Shown here: in pieces, positions 56,115-63,641 of the stretch
How positions within the stretch are numbered: position 1 is the first letter of the stretch
Layout: each line of letters starts with the position of its first letter
Program-made: the position numbers and the translations under genes
Origin: Thermoanaerobaculia bacterium
GTDB lineage: Bacteria; Acidobacteriota; Thermoanaerobaculia; UBA5066
Assembly: GCA_963719225.1 (NCBI GenBank)
Contig: CAVRAY010000001.1
Span: 2,752,001-2,816,000 of the forward strand
Reading direction: 5' to 3'
DNA: 64,000 nt
Notes under the pieces: model-generated
What the model was told of the DNA's origin: nothing
Database searches by the model: none
Seen by the model: only the letters and a program-made list of their open reading frames with translations

Positions 56115-57029
56115 GTGGGTGCGCTGCTCCTTCTCGGAATCTCCGCGCTCGCGGCGTCGGGCGCGTTCAGCACGGGCACGTCGACCGGGCGGATCAGGAT
56201 CGTGGATGCCGACGAGGCCGCGGGCTTTCCGGAAGTCGTCGTTCTCGACGCGCGCTCCGCGAAGGATTTCGCGGCCGGTCACGTCCCGGGAGCGCAGCGC
56301 GTCGACTGGCGCGAGTGGACGCTCGAGAAGCCGGGCACGCTGAACGCCTTCTTCGGAAATCCCGCCCGCTGGGGCCGGGTCCCGAACGCGGACGCGGTTC
56401 TTCAGAAGCGTCTCTCGGACCTCGGGCTCTCGAACGCGCGCCCCGTTCTCGTCGTCGGGGCGCCCGGGGGCTGGGGCGAGGAAGGCCGCGTCGCCTGGAA
56501 TCTGCTCTATTGGGGGGCGGAAGAAGTCCGGCTCCTCGACGGCGGCTTCCCCGCGTGGCGAAAGAATCCCGCGAGGCCGGTCGAGGTCGGCGCGGCGCGC
56601 CGCGTCGCGCCCGGAAATTTCGTCCTCGACGTCCGCCCCCAGCGACGGATCGAGGCGAAGAAGCTGAAGGCGGCTGCGGACGCGAAGGCCACGGCGCTTC
56701 TCGACGCGCGCACCCCGGCGGAGTTCGCGGGGAAGAGGATGGCCGGGCAGAAGCGCGGCGGCCACATCCCGGGCGCACGTCTCGTCCCCGCGAAGAGCCT
56801 GTATGCCGCCGACGGCCGGTACGTCGATGCCGAAGAGCTGAAGCGCCTCGCGGGAATCGGCCCGGACTCGACGAGCCCCCGAGCAAGACCGATCACGTAT
56901 TGCACCGGCGGCGTGCGCTCGGCCCTCCTCGCCGTCCTTCTCGAAGCGCGCCTCGGCGTCGTCTCGGCAAATTACGACGGATCGCTCTGGGAGTGGTCGG
57001 CCGATCCTTCGCTGCCGCTCGTCAAGTAG
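56115..57029 (+). CDS. Tandem rhodanese-domain sulfurtransferase (possibly exported)
   Basis: LDARS...GHVPGA, LDGGFPAW, GHIPGA, YCTGGVRS, YDGSLWEW. Confidence 0.9.
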   Translation: MGALLLLGISALAASGAFSTGTSTGRIRIVDADEAAGFPEVVVLDARSAKDFAAGHVPGAQRVDWREWTLEKPGTLNAFFGNPARWGRVPNADAVLQKRLSDLGLSNARPVLVVGAPGGWGEEGRVAWNLLYWGAEEVRLLDGGFPAWRKNPARPVEVGAARRVAPGNFVLDVRPQRRIEAKKLKAAADAKATALLDARTPAEFAGKRMAGQKRGGHIPGARLVPAKSLYAADGRYVDAEELKRLAGIGPDSTSPRARPITYCTGGVRSALLAVLLEARLGVVSANYDGSLWEWSADPSLPLVK

Positions 57030-57112
57030 AAGAGAACAAGAGATTTCTGCTTCCCTCTCGGATCGTTTCGGCGGTGTGCGACGTGCTACAGCGAAGCGAA
57101 GGCACGGTTGTT

Positions 57113-57204
57113 TTTTCTTAGAAGGTGAAAGAATCACGGGCGCCGCCGAAGCCAAGGAGGAGGCCCGATGCGCAACCCCGGGTCCCATTCACTTTCTAAG
57201 AAAA
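57113..57204. repeat. Convergent pair of the dispersed motif (best conserved)
   Basis: TTTTCTTAGAAGGTGAA (57113-57129) and TTCACTTTCTAAGAAAA (57188-57204): 16/17 inverted match. Confidence 0.88.
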
Positions 57205-57929
57205 GAACATCGAAAAGTCCTGCTAAGAGTCGCCCGGCTATAAGTCGGGCTCCCCGGCCTGCTCCGAAAGCAAAGAAACCTTCGTCTTCTCCCGCCCCGA
57301 CTCTCACCGTCTCCTTCGTCTCCATCGAGGTGATGCACAACGGCTGGCCCGGTGAAGGCGTTCGCGCGACGGATCTTTCGCTCGTCCTTCAGCTCGAGGA
57401 TCCCGATCCCGCCGTAGCCGGCGAAAAAGCCGCGCTCGCCTCCGCGCACCTTCCGTTCTCGGCATCCTCGGGGCAGACGGTCACCGCGGCGCAGCTGCCG
57501 CCCGATCAGAATGGAAACCCGCTCTTCGGCGGAGCCGTGAAGCTTTCGAGCCACGTGAACCTCCACGCGCGCCTCTTCGTGGAGCGCACGAACGCGGTCG
57601 GCCCGATCCTGGGAGCAGCCCTGAATACCGTGATCGGGCAGTTCCTGGGCCGCATTCCGCTCCTCGCGACGCCGGCGCGGGAAGTCCTCCACGTCCAGAT
57701 CGGAAAAGTGATCGCGACCGAGCTCGCGCGCGCGACGGCGATCGTGCCCGTGGACGCGACGTTCCGCGGGTCCCATCCCGTCACGCTCGCACTCGTGGCT
57801 CCGGTGACGATTCCCGGCATTTACGCTCCGCCGGGGAGCCCCGAGGGCTACAAGAAGGGCGTCATCTCGACGGAGGGAGACCTTACGGCCCTCCTCCACC
57901 TCACGCTCGACCTGGAGCTCGCGGGCTGA
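57168..57929 (+). CDS. Hypothetical protein
   Basis: AAGGAGGAGG RBS; basic low-complexity N-terminus followed by a globular region. Confidence 0.65.
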   Translation: MRNPGSHSLSKKRTSKSPAKSRPAISRAPRPAPKAKKPSSSPAPTLTVSFVSIEVMHNGWPGEGVRATDLSLVLQLEDPDPAVAGEKAALASAHLPFSASSGQTVTAAQLPPDQNGNPLFGGAVKLSSHVNLHARLFVERTNAVGPILGAALNTVIGQFLGRIPLLATPAREVLHVQIGKVIATELARATAIVPVDATFRGSHPVTLALVAPVTIPGIYAPPGSPEGYKKGVISTEGDLTALLHLTLDLELAG

Positions 57930-57965
57930 GGCGGCTCGCACGGCGCCTTCCAGCCCTGCATCTCG

Positions 57966-58514
57966 ATGCGCAGCTTTCTCGCGGGCGCGGTCCTCGCCAC
58001 TTCCGGGGACATCACGCGGCAAAACGTCGACGCCATCGTGAACGCCGCGAACAGCTCCCTCCTGGGCGGGGGCGGCGTGGACGGGGCCATCCATCGCGCG
58101 GGCGGGCCGGCCATCCTATCGGCCTGCCAGGAGCTGAGGCGCACGGTGTGGCCTTCCGGGCTTCCCACCGGAGAGACGGTCATGACGCCCGGCGGCGACC
58201 TTCCCGCCAGATTCGTGATTCACACTGTTGGACCGGTCTATGGATCACATTCGGGAAACGAGGCGGCCCTTCTCGCTTCCTGCTATCGGAAGTCGCTCTT
58301 TCTCGCGGAGGAGCACGGTCTCCATACCATTGCGTTTCCGGCGATCTCGACAGGCATCTACGGCTTTCCGCGCCCGGAAGCCGCCGAGGTCGCGTCCTCG
58401 GCGATCGCCTCGACACTCGCGGAGCTCCCGCGGATTCGCGAGGTCCGGCTCGTTTTCTTTTCGCCCCGGGATCTCGAGGTGTTCCTTGAGAACGAGAAGT
58501 TCGGCGCGGCCTGA
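57966..58514 (+). CDS. Macro domain protein (O-acetyl-ADP-ribose deacetylase, YmdB-like)
   Basis: GDIT, DAIVNAAN, GGGGVDGAIH, HTVGP, FPAISTGIYGFP. Confidence 0.95.
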   Translation: MRSFLAGAVLATSGDITRQNVDAIVNAANSSLLGGGGVDGAIHRAGGPAILSACQELRRTVWPSGLPTGETVMTPGGDLPARFVIHTVGPVYGSHSGNEAALLASCYRKSLFLAEEHGLHTIAFPAISTGIYGFPRPEAAEVASSAIASTLAELPRIREVRLVFFSPRDLEVFLENEKFGAA

Positions 58515-58556
58515 CGTCTCGCTCGATCCCCTCACGTCGCTTGATATCGTCGGGCC

Positions 58557-59024
58557 GTGGGGACGAGCGTTCCAGCCGGGTTGGAGATCCGGCCCGCAGC
58601 TCGGGACGACGCGAACGTGATCTCGGAGCTTCTGACGGAGCTCGGTCATCCCCTCGAGCCGGTCCTCGCCCGAACGCAATTGGAACGGATTCAGGCCCTC
58701 GCCCCGAACCACGCCGTCTTCGTCGCGGTTGTGGATGGAACGGTCGTCGGGCTCGTCTCCGCATTCTCGACGCCGGTTCTCCACCGGGCTCTGCCCGTGG
58801 GACGCGTCAGCGTTCTCGTCGTGGCCCGAGCGCACACGGGAAAGGGAGTCGGCTCCGTGCTTCTTCGCCATGCCGAGCAATTCCTGGCCGCGCTCGGCTG
58901 CTGCCGCATCGAGGTGACGAGCGCGTCGCACCGCGAGGCGGCGCATCGCTTCTACCGCGAACGGGGATACGCGCAGCAGGGTGTCAAGTTCACGCGCGAC
59001 ATCCCGGAAATGACGACGCCATGA
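58557..59024 (+). CDS. GNAT family N-acetyltransferase
   Basis: IRPAARDD, LVV...GKGVGSVLL, AHRFYRERGY. Confidence 0.88.
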   Translation: MGTSVPAGLEIRPAARDDANVISELLTELGHPLEPVLARTQLERIQALAPNHAVFVAVVDGTVVGLVSAFSTPVLHRALPVGRVSVLVVARAHTGKGVGSVLLRHAEQFLAALGCCRIEVTSASHREAAHRFYRERGYAQQGVKFTRDIPEMTTP

Positions 59025-59626
59025 CGCAGACGAATCGCGGCAATTTCCTCGTCGCGGCCTACGAGACCGAGCGGCTGAAGACGTTGAGCGTGTGGTCTTG
59101 CTTCGGCGACTCGGATCTCGGCTTCCAGCCGGCGCCGAGGTCTCGCACGCCGCTCGAGCACATGGTTCACCAGTGCGTGTCGGAAGACACCTGGATGAAG
59201 AACATGCTCGGCATCGAGGTAACGCTTCCCGCGCTGCCCGCGCGCGAGGACCGCCTCGGCTTCCTACACCACTACGCCGAGGCGTCCGGGAAACGGCGCG
59301 AGATTCTCGCGACGAAAACCCCAGACTGGTGGGACACGGAGACGAAGTTCTTCGACGTGGAGGAGACGCGCTCGTGGGTGTTCCTCCGGCGGCTGACGCA
59401 CTCGTCGCACCATCGCGGCCAGCTCACCGTCTACTTGCGTCTCCTGGGCCGCCCGCTCTACTCGACGTACGGGCCGACGGCCGACACGGGCGGGCTTTTT
59501 CTCAACAAGGCCCCGACGCTCTACCGTTACCGCTCGCTCGAGCACCTGCTCGCCGCCGAAGACGCCGGCGGCGAGTGGCCGGAGCTGCCCGGCCCGGGTG
59601 AAAAACCGCCCACGGAGAGGCCATGA
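59021..59626 (+). CDS. DinB family protein
   Basis: HMVHQCVSED, THSSHHRGQLTVYLR, STYGPTAD. Confidence 0.88.
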   Translation: MTQTNRGNFLVAAYETERLKTLSVWSCFGDSDLGFQPAPRSRTPLEHMVHQCVSEDTWMKNMLGIEVTLPALPAREDRLGFLHHYAEASGKRREILATKTPDWWDTETKFFDVEETRSWVFLRRLTHSSHHRGQLTVYLRLLGRPLYSTYGPTADTGGLFLNKAPTLYRYRSLEHLLAAEDAGGEWPELPGPGEKPPTERP

Positions 59627-60096
59627 AACTTCGAGCCGCGGTCCTGTCCCTCGCGATCGCCGCAAACGCCGCGGGATCGCCCGCAGACCCGCCCGCGCCG
59701 CAGTTCTTTCCCTCTCCCGATCCCGCGCTCAAAGCCCTTCCTTTCTCGGAGGCCGTGCGGACCGGCGACCTGCTCTTCGTCTCCGGTCAGATCGGGAACG
59801 CGCCCGGCACGCTCGACCTCGTTCCGGGTGGGATCGACGCGGAGGGCCGGCGGGCTCTCGAGAACATGCGGGCGATCCTCGAACGGCACGGCTCCTCGCT
59901 GGACCGTGTCGTGAAGTGCACGGTATTTCTGGCCGACATGCGCGAGTGGCCGGCCTTCAACGAGGTGTACCGGCGCTTCTTCACGCACGGCCTTCCCGCG
60001 CGCAGCGCTCTCGGCGCGAGCGGCCTCGCCCGGGGCGCGCGCGTGGAGATCGAGTGCGTGGCTTCGGTCGGCCCCCGCAGGCCTAAGGCGCGCTGA
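59623..60096 (+). CDS. RidA/YjgF family protein with signal-peptide-like N-terminus
   Basis: PFSEAV, FVSGQIG, VVKCTVFL, FNEVY, PARS, VEIEC. Confidence 0.92.
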   Translation: MKLRAAVLSLAIAANAAGSPADPPAPQFFPSPDPALKALPFSEAVRTGDLLFVSGQIGNAPGTLDLVPGGIDAEGRRALENMRAILERHGSSLDRVVKCTVFLADMREWPAFNEVYRRFFTHGLPARSALGASGLARGARVEIECVASVGPRRPKAR

Positions 60097-60121
60097 AGGC
60101 GAGGCTTTCCTAGGCGTAAAA

Positions 60122-60158
60122 ACTTACGCTTGACTTACGTCTCAGGCGGACCTACGTT
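60122..60158 (+). promoter_or_regulatory. imuA promoter with overlapping direct-repeat operator
   Basis: ACTTACGCTTGACTTACG (60122-60139) over TTGACT-N17-TACGTT, 6 nt before the GTG. Confidence 0.75.
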
Positions 60159-60164
60159 GGCCGG

Positions 60165-61019
60165 GTGTCGGCGCTGCTTCTTTCCGCCCCGCTGCCCCTT
60201 CCTGACTTGCCTCGAGAGATCGCCGCCCGGCTGACGACCGCCTCCGGACTTTCGCGCGAACGGTTCGTACCGGGGTTCCTGCCCACACGCATCGAGGGGC
60301 TGGACCGATTGTTGGGAGGCGGGCTGCCCCGCGGCGCGCTCGTGGAGATTTCGGGGCGCGCAACCTCGGGCCGTTTTTCGGTGGCGCTCTCTGCCCTCGC
60401 CGCAACCACGCAGACGGGCGAAGTCGCCGCGCTCGTTGATCCCGGCGACCACTTCGATCCGCAGGGGGCGGCTGCCGCCGGCGCCGAGCTTTCACGGATG
60501 CTTTGGCTGCGCCCGCGTGGGCTAAAGCCGGCGCTCGCCGCGGCCGAGACCATCCTCGCGACGGGCTTCGCGCTCGTCGTCCTCGACCTCGGGCTCTCAC
60601 GCATCTCCAGGCGGCGTTTCGACGACGCCGTCTGGCTGCGCCTCGCGCGGCGCGCCCGCTTCCACGACGCGGCGCTCCTCGTCCTGGCGCCTTACCGCGT
60701 CACGGGCACCGCGGCGCACGTCGTGCTCGCGGCCGATGCGGCTCACGCGGGCTGGGACCGCGCGAGCCTGGACCGGCGGGCGCAGAGCGTGTCGCTCCTC
60801 GACGGCCTGTCCTCGCGCCTCGTGCTCGAGAAAACGCGGGACTCGAAGATGAATATGAATATGAAAGACAAGACGAGCTTGCTGAATCTCTCCCTGCTGG
60901 ATGCGGTTCAGGCAGGTAAGGAAGAGAGAAAAGAAAGAAAGATTTGCTTAGAAAGGGAAGAAAGAGAAAGAGAGAACGCCGTTTCGTTTTCCAGGCATTC
61001 ATCCGCATTCGAGCGTTGA
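60165..61019 (+). CDS. imuA: ImuA-like (RecA/RadA-fold) mutasome accessory protein
   Basis: LDRLLGGGLPRGALVEISGRATSGR (degenerate Walker A), LVDPGDHFDP, ALVVLD; upstream of imuB. Confidence 0.8.
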   Translation: MSALLLSAPLPLPDLPREIAARLTTASGLSRERFVPGFLPTRIEGLDRLLGGGLPRGALVEISGRATSGRFSVALSALAATTQTGEVAALVDPGDHFDPQGAAAAGAELSRMLWLRPRGLKPALAAAETILATGFALVVLDLGLSRISRRRFDDAVWLRLARRARFHDAALLVLAPYRVTGTAAHVVLAADAAHAGWDRASLDRRAQSVSLLDGLSSRLVLEKTRDSKMNMNMKDKTSLLNLSLLDAVQAGKEERKERKICLEREERERENAVSFSRHSSAFER

Positions 61020-61057
61020 GGGGTCTGGGAGCCAGGGATATTCACCTTCTAAGAAAA
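60943..61057. repeat. Convergent pair of the dispersed motif at the imuA 3' end
   Basis: TTTGCTTAGAAAGGGAA (60943-60959) and TTCACCTTCTAAGAAAA (61041-61057, exact reverse complement of 57113-57129). Confidence 0.82.
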
Positions 61058-61088
61058 ACTGCATGACATCAACCGAGGCACAGCAGGC

Positions 61089-62672
61089 ATGGAACGACCG
61101 GCAGATGCGCATGCGGAGCAGCAAAAAAATTCGTCCCCGGCCACTCCGGCCGCTCCCCGCCTCGCGTGTCTCGTGGTGCCGCTGTTCCCCCTCGCCGCCC
61201 GGCTGCGCAGCGAGCCCGCGCTGCGGGACGAGGCGGTCATCCTGTGCGAAGGGAACGGGACGGCCGCGCACGTGGTCGCGGCCACGCGCAAGGCGCGCAA
61301 GGTCGGCATCCGCCCGGGCTTCACGCTGCCGCAGGCGCGGGCGCTTCTGCCCGACCTCCTCACGCGCGCGCGCGACGCGGAGAGCGAGCGCGCCGCGCAG
61401 GAGGCTCTCCTCGACGTGGCCGGCACGGTGTCGCCGCGCGTGGAGGACGCGGGCGACGGTGTCGTGTACCTCGACGCGGACGGCCTCGAGCGCCTCTTTC
61501 CCGACGAGCACGACCTCGGCCGCGCCCTGATCGCCGCCGCGAAGCGCGAGTCTTTGCCCGCGCGCTGCGGGCTCGCGTCGAGCAAGCTCGCCGCGCGCGT
61601 GGCCGCGACGTTGCCGGACTCTCCCGTCGCCGTGCCCGCAGGCGGCGAAGCCGCGTTCCTCGCGCCGCTGCCTCTCGCGAAGCTGGATCCCGACGCCGAG
61701 ATCGTCGAGACGCTCGCGCGCTGGGGTCTCTCCTCGGTGGGCGACCTCGCGAAGCTGCCCGCGGCCGACGTCGCGAGCCGGCTCGGCGCGCGCGGACACG
61801 CGCTGCACGAAATCGCGCGCGGGCGCGACCCGCGCCCCCTCGTGCCGCGCCGGCCGCCGCCGGGCTTCACGGAAGGCATGGAGCTGGAGTGGCCGCTCCT
61901 CACGCTCGAGCCGTTCCTCGCGCTGGCCGAGAGCGCGCTCGAACGCCTCGCGCGGCGCCTCGAGGCGGAGGCCGTGGGCTGCGCGCGGCTGGACATCTCC
62001 CTGACGCTCGAGCCCGAAGGCTGCGACACGCGCAGCCTGGATCTGCCCGCGCCCACGCGCGACGTGAAGACGCTGCTCACCCTCGTGCGTCTCGGGCTCG
62101 AGGGCCGGCCGCCGGGCGCCGCCGTGACGGGCTTTTCCCTCACGGCGCAACCCGACGCCCCGCGCAAGAGCCAGCTCACGCTCTTCGGGCCGGCCGAGAT
62201 CTCGCCCGATCGCCTCGCGACGGCGCTCGCGAGGCTCTTCGCGCTCCTCGGGCCCGGGCGCGTGGGCGCGCCGAGCCCCGTGGACGGCTACCGACCCGAG
62301 CGCTTCGCGCTCGTGCCATTCGCGCCGCCGCCGCCTCCCGTGGTACGCAAAATGCCGAAGACGGGCCGTGGCCTTCTCTCGGTGCGCGTGCTGCGGCCGC
62401 CGGTGCCGCTCGAGGTGCTTCTCGAAGGCGAGCGGCCCACTTCGCTGCGCGCGCTCGAGCCCCGTTCCACGGAGGGCGGCGGGGGACGGCCGGTGGACGT
62501 GGCCGGCACCGTGCGCGTGGCCTCCGGGCCCTGGCGCCTCGAGGAAGGGTGGTGGCAGGAGGCGCCTGCCTTCCGCGCGTACTGGGACGTGGAGCTTTCG
62601 GGCGGCGGCCTCTACCGCATCTTCCACGACGAAGCGGGCGGCGAGTGGTTCGCAGACGGCGTGTACGACTAG
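61089..62672 (+). CDS. imuB: ImuB, catalytically inactive Y-family DNA polymerase
   Basis: RLACLVVPLFPL, GIRPGFTLPQARALLP, SPRVED...YLDADG, C-terminal GPWRLEEGWW...RAYWDVEL...WFADGVYD. Confidence 0.88.
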   Translation: MERPADAHAEQQKNSSPATPAAPRLACLVVPLFPLAARLRSEPALRDEAVILCEGNGTAAHVVAATRKARKVGIRPGFTLPQARALLPDLLTRARDAESERAAQEALLDVAGTVSPRVEDAGDGVVYLDADGLERLFPDEHDLGRALIAAAKRESLPARCGLASSKLAARVAATLPDSPVAVPAGGEAAFLAPLPLAKLDPDAEIVETLARWGLSSVGDLAKLPAADVASRLGARGHALHEIARGRDPRPLVPRRPPPGFTEGMELEWPLLTLEPFLALAESALERLARRLEAEAVGCARLDISLTLEPEGCDTRSLDLPAPTRDVKTLLTLVRLGLEGRPPGAAVTGFSLTAQPDAPRKSQLTLFGPAEISPDRLATALARLFALLGPGRVGAPSPVDGYRPERFALVPFAPPPPPVVRKMPKTGRGLLSVRVLRPPVPLEVLLEGERPTSLRALEPRSTEGGGGRPVDVAGTVRVASGPWRLEEGWWQEAPAFRAYWDVELSGGGLYRIFHDEAGGEWFADGVYD

Positions 62673-62725
62673 ATCTTCGCCGTGCTCCCCTGCAGGCGTT
62701 ATCGTCCGATCGCAACGAGGTCGAA

Positions 62726-62980
62726 ATGAAAAAGGCCAAACGCGCTCCTGTTTCCGCCGAATTCGTCTGCACGCGCGTCGGAAAGGCGTACGTCAGCTTT
62801 CACCTGATGCCGATCTACATGTCTCCCGAACTCGCGAAACAGATCTCTCCGGCGCTGAAAAGGCGCATGCAGGGCAAGGCCTGCTTCAACTTCAAGGCAC
62901 CGGATCCGGCGCTCTTCAAGGATCTCTCCGGCCTCACGAAGTCGGCCTACGAGACGTGGAAGAAGGAAGGACTCGTCTGA
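62726..62980 (+). CDS. Small hypothetical protein (DUF1801-like, possibly N-terminally truncated)
   Basis: GAGG RBS; YVSFHLMPIY...LKRRMQGKACFNFK. Confidence 0.6.
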   Translation: MKKAKRAPVSAEFVCTRVGKAYVSFHLMPIYMSPELAKQISPALKRRMQGKACFNFKAPDPALFKDLSGLTKSAYETWKKEGLV

Positions 62981-63609
62981 AAAGAAAGCTCTACGACGAG
63001 GCGTACTTCCGGAAGTGGTATCGCGATCCGAAGAAGCGCATCGTGCGTCGTGCGGGCGTCGCGCGCAAGGTCGCGATGGCCGTCTTCGTCGCGGAGCATC
63101 TCCTCGGCCGTCCGATCGATTCGGTGCTCGACGTGGGCTGCGGCGAGGGCGGCTGGTTTCCGCTGCTGCGCGCGCTGCGCCCGAGGCTGCGCTACCTGGG
63201 CCTCGATACGAGCGACTACGCCGTGCGTCGGTTCTGCCGCTCGCGCAACGTGCATCGGGGCTCCTGGGGCGAGCTCTCGGAGCTGCGCTTCGACCAGCCG
63301 TTCGATCTCGTCGTGTGCTCGGACACGCTCCACTACGTGCGGACGTCCGAGCTCGTGCGGGGCCTCGAGGTCCTGCCGGAGCTCGTGGCGGGCGTCGCGT
63401 ATCTCGACTTCCTCTCGGCCGACGACGATCTCGAAACGGGCATCGAGGGCGATCTCGTCGGCTTCAAGATGCGCCGCACCTCCTGGTATCGGCGAAAGTT
63501 CCGCGAGGCGGGTCTCGTCGAGTGCGGCCTCGGCTTCTGGGCTGCGTCGGAGCTCGCTCCCCGGCTCACCTTGCTCGAGCGCGCACCCGGACAGAAACAG
63601 GCGCCTTGA
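62977..63609 (+). CDS. Class I SAM-dependent methyltransferase
   Basis: YDEAYFRKWY, SVLDVGCGEG, FDLVVCSDTLHY; probable CTG start overlapping the upstream TGA. Confidence 0.82.
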   Translation: MKRKLYDEAYFRKWYRDPKKRIVRRAGVARKVAMAVFVAEHLLGRPIDSVLDVGCGEGGWFPLLRALRPRLRYLGLDTSDYAVRRFCRSRNVHRGSWGELSELRFDQPFDLVVCSDTLHYVRTSELVRGLEVLPELVAGVAYLDFLSADDDLETGIEGDLVGFKMRRTSWYRRKFREAGLVECGLGFWAASELAPRLTLLERAPGQKQAP

Positions 63610-63635
63610 CTTACGCTTTACTTACGCCATAGGCT
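63606..63635 (+). promoter_or_regulatory. dnaE2 promoter with overlapping direct-repeat operator
   Basis: TTGACT-N18-TAGGCT, 6 nt before the ATG; contains ACTTACGCTTTACTTACG (63609-63626). Confidence 0.75.
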
Positions 63636-63641
63636 CGCCCC

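Noticed and set aside
57113-57204. Reading the motif pairs as a recent MITE or IS family
   Set aside because: Interiors differ in length and sequence, no target-site duplications were evident and no transposase is present. An ancient element origin remains possible.
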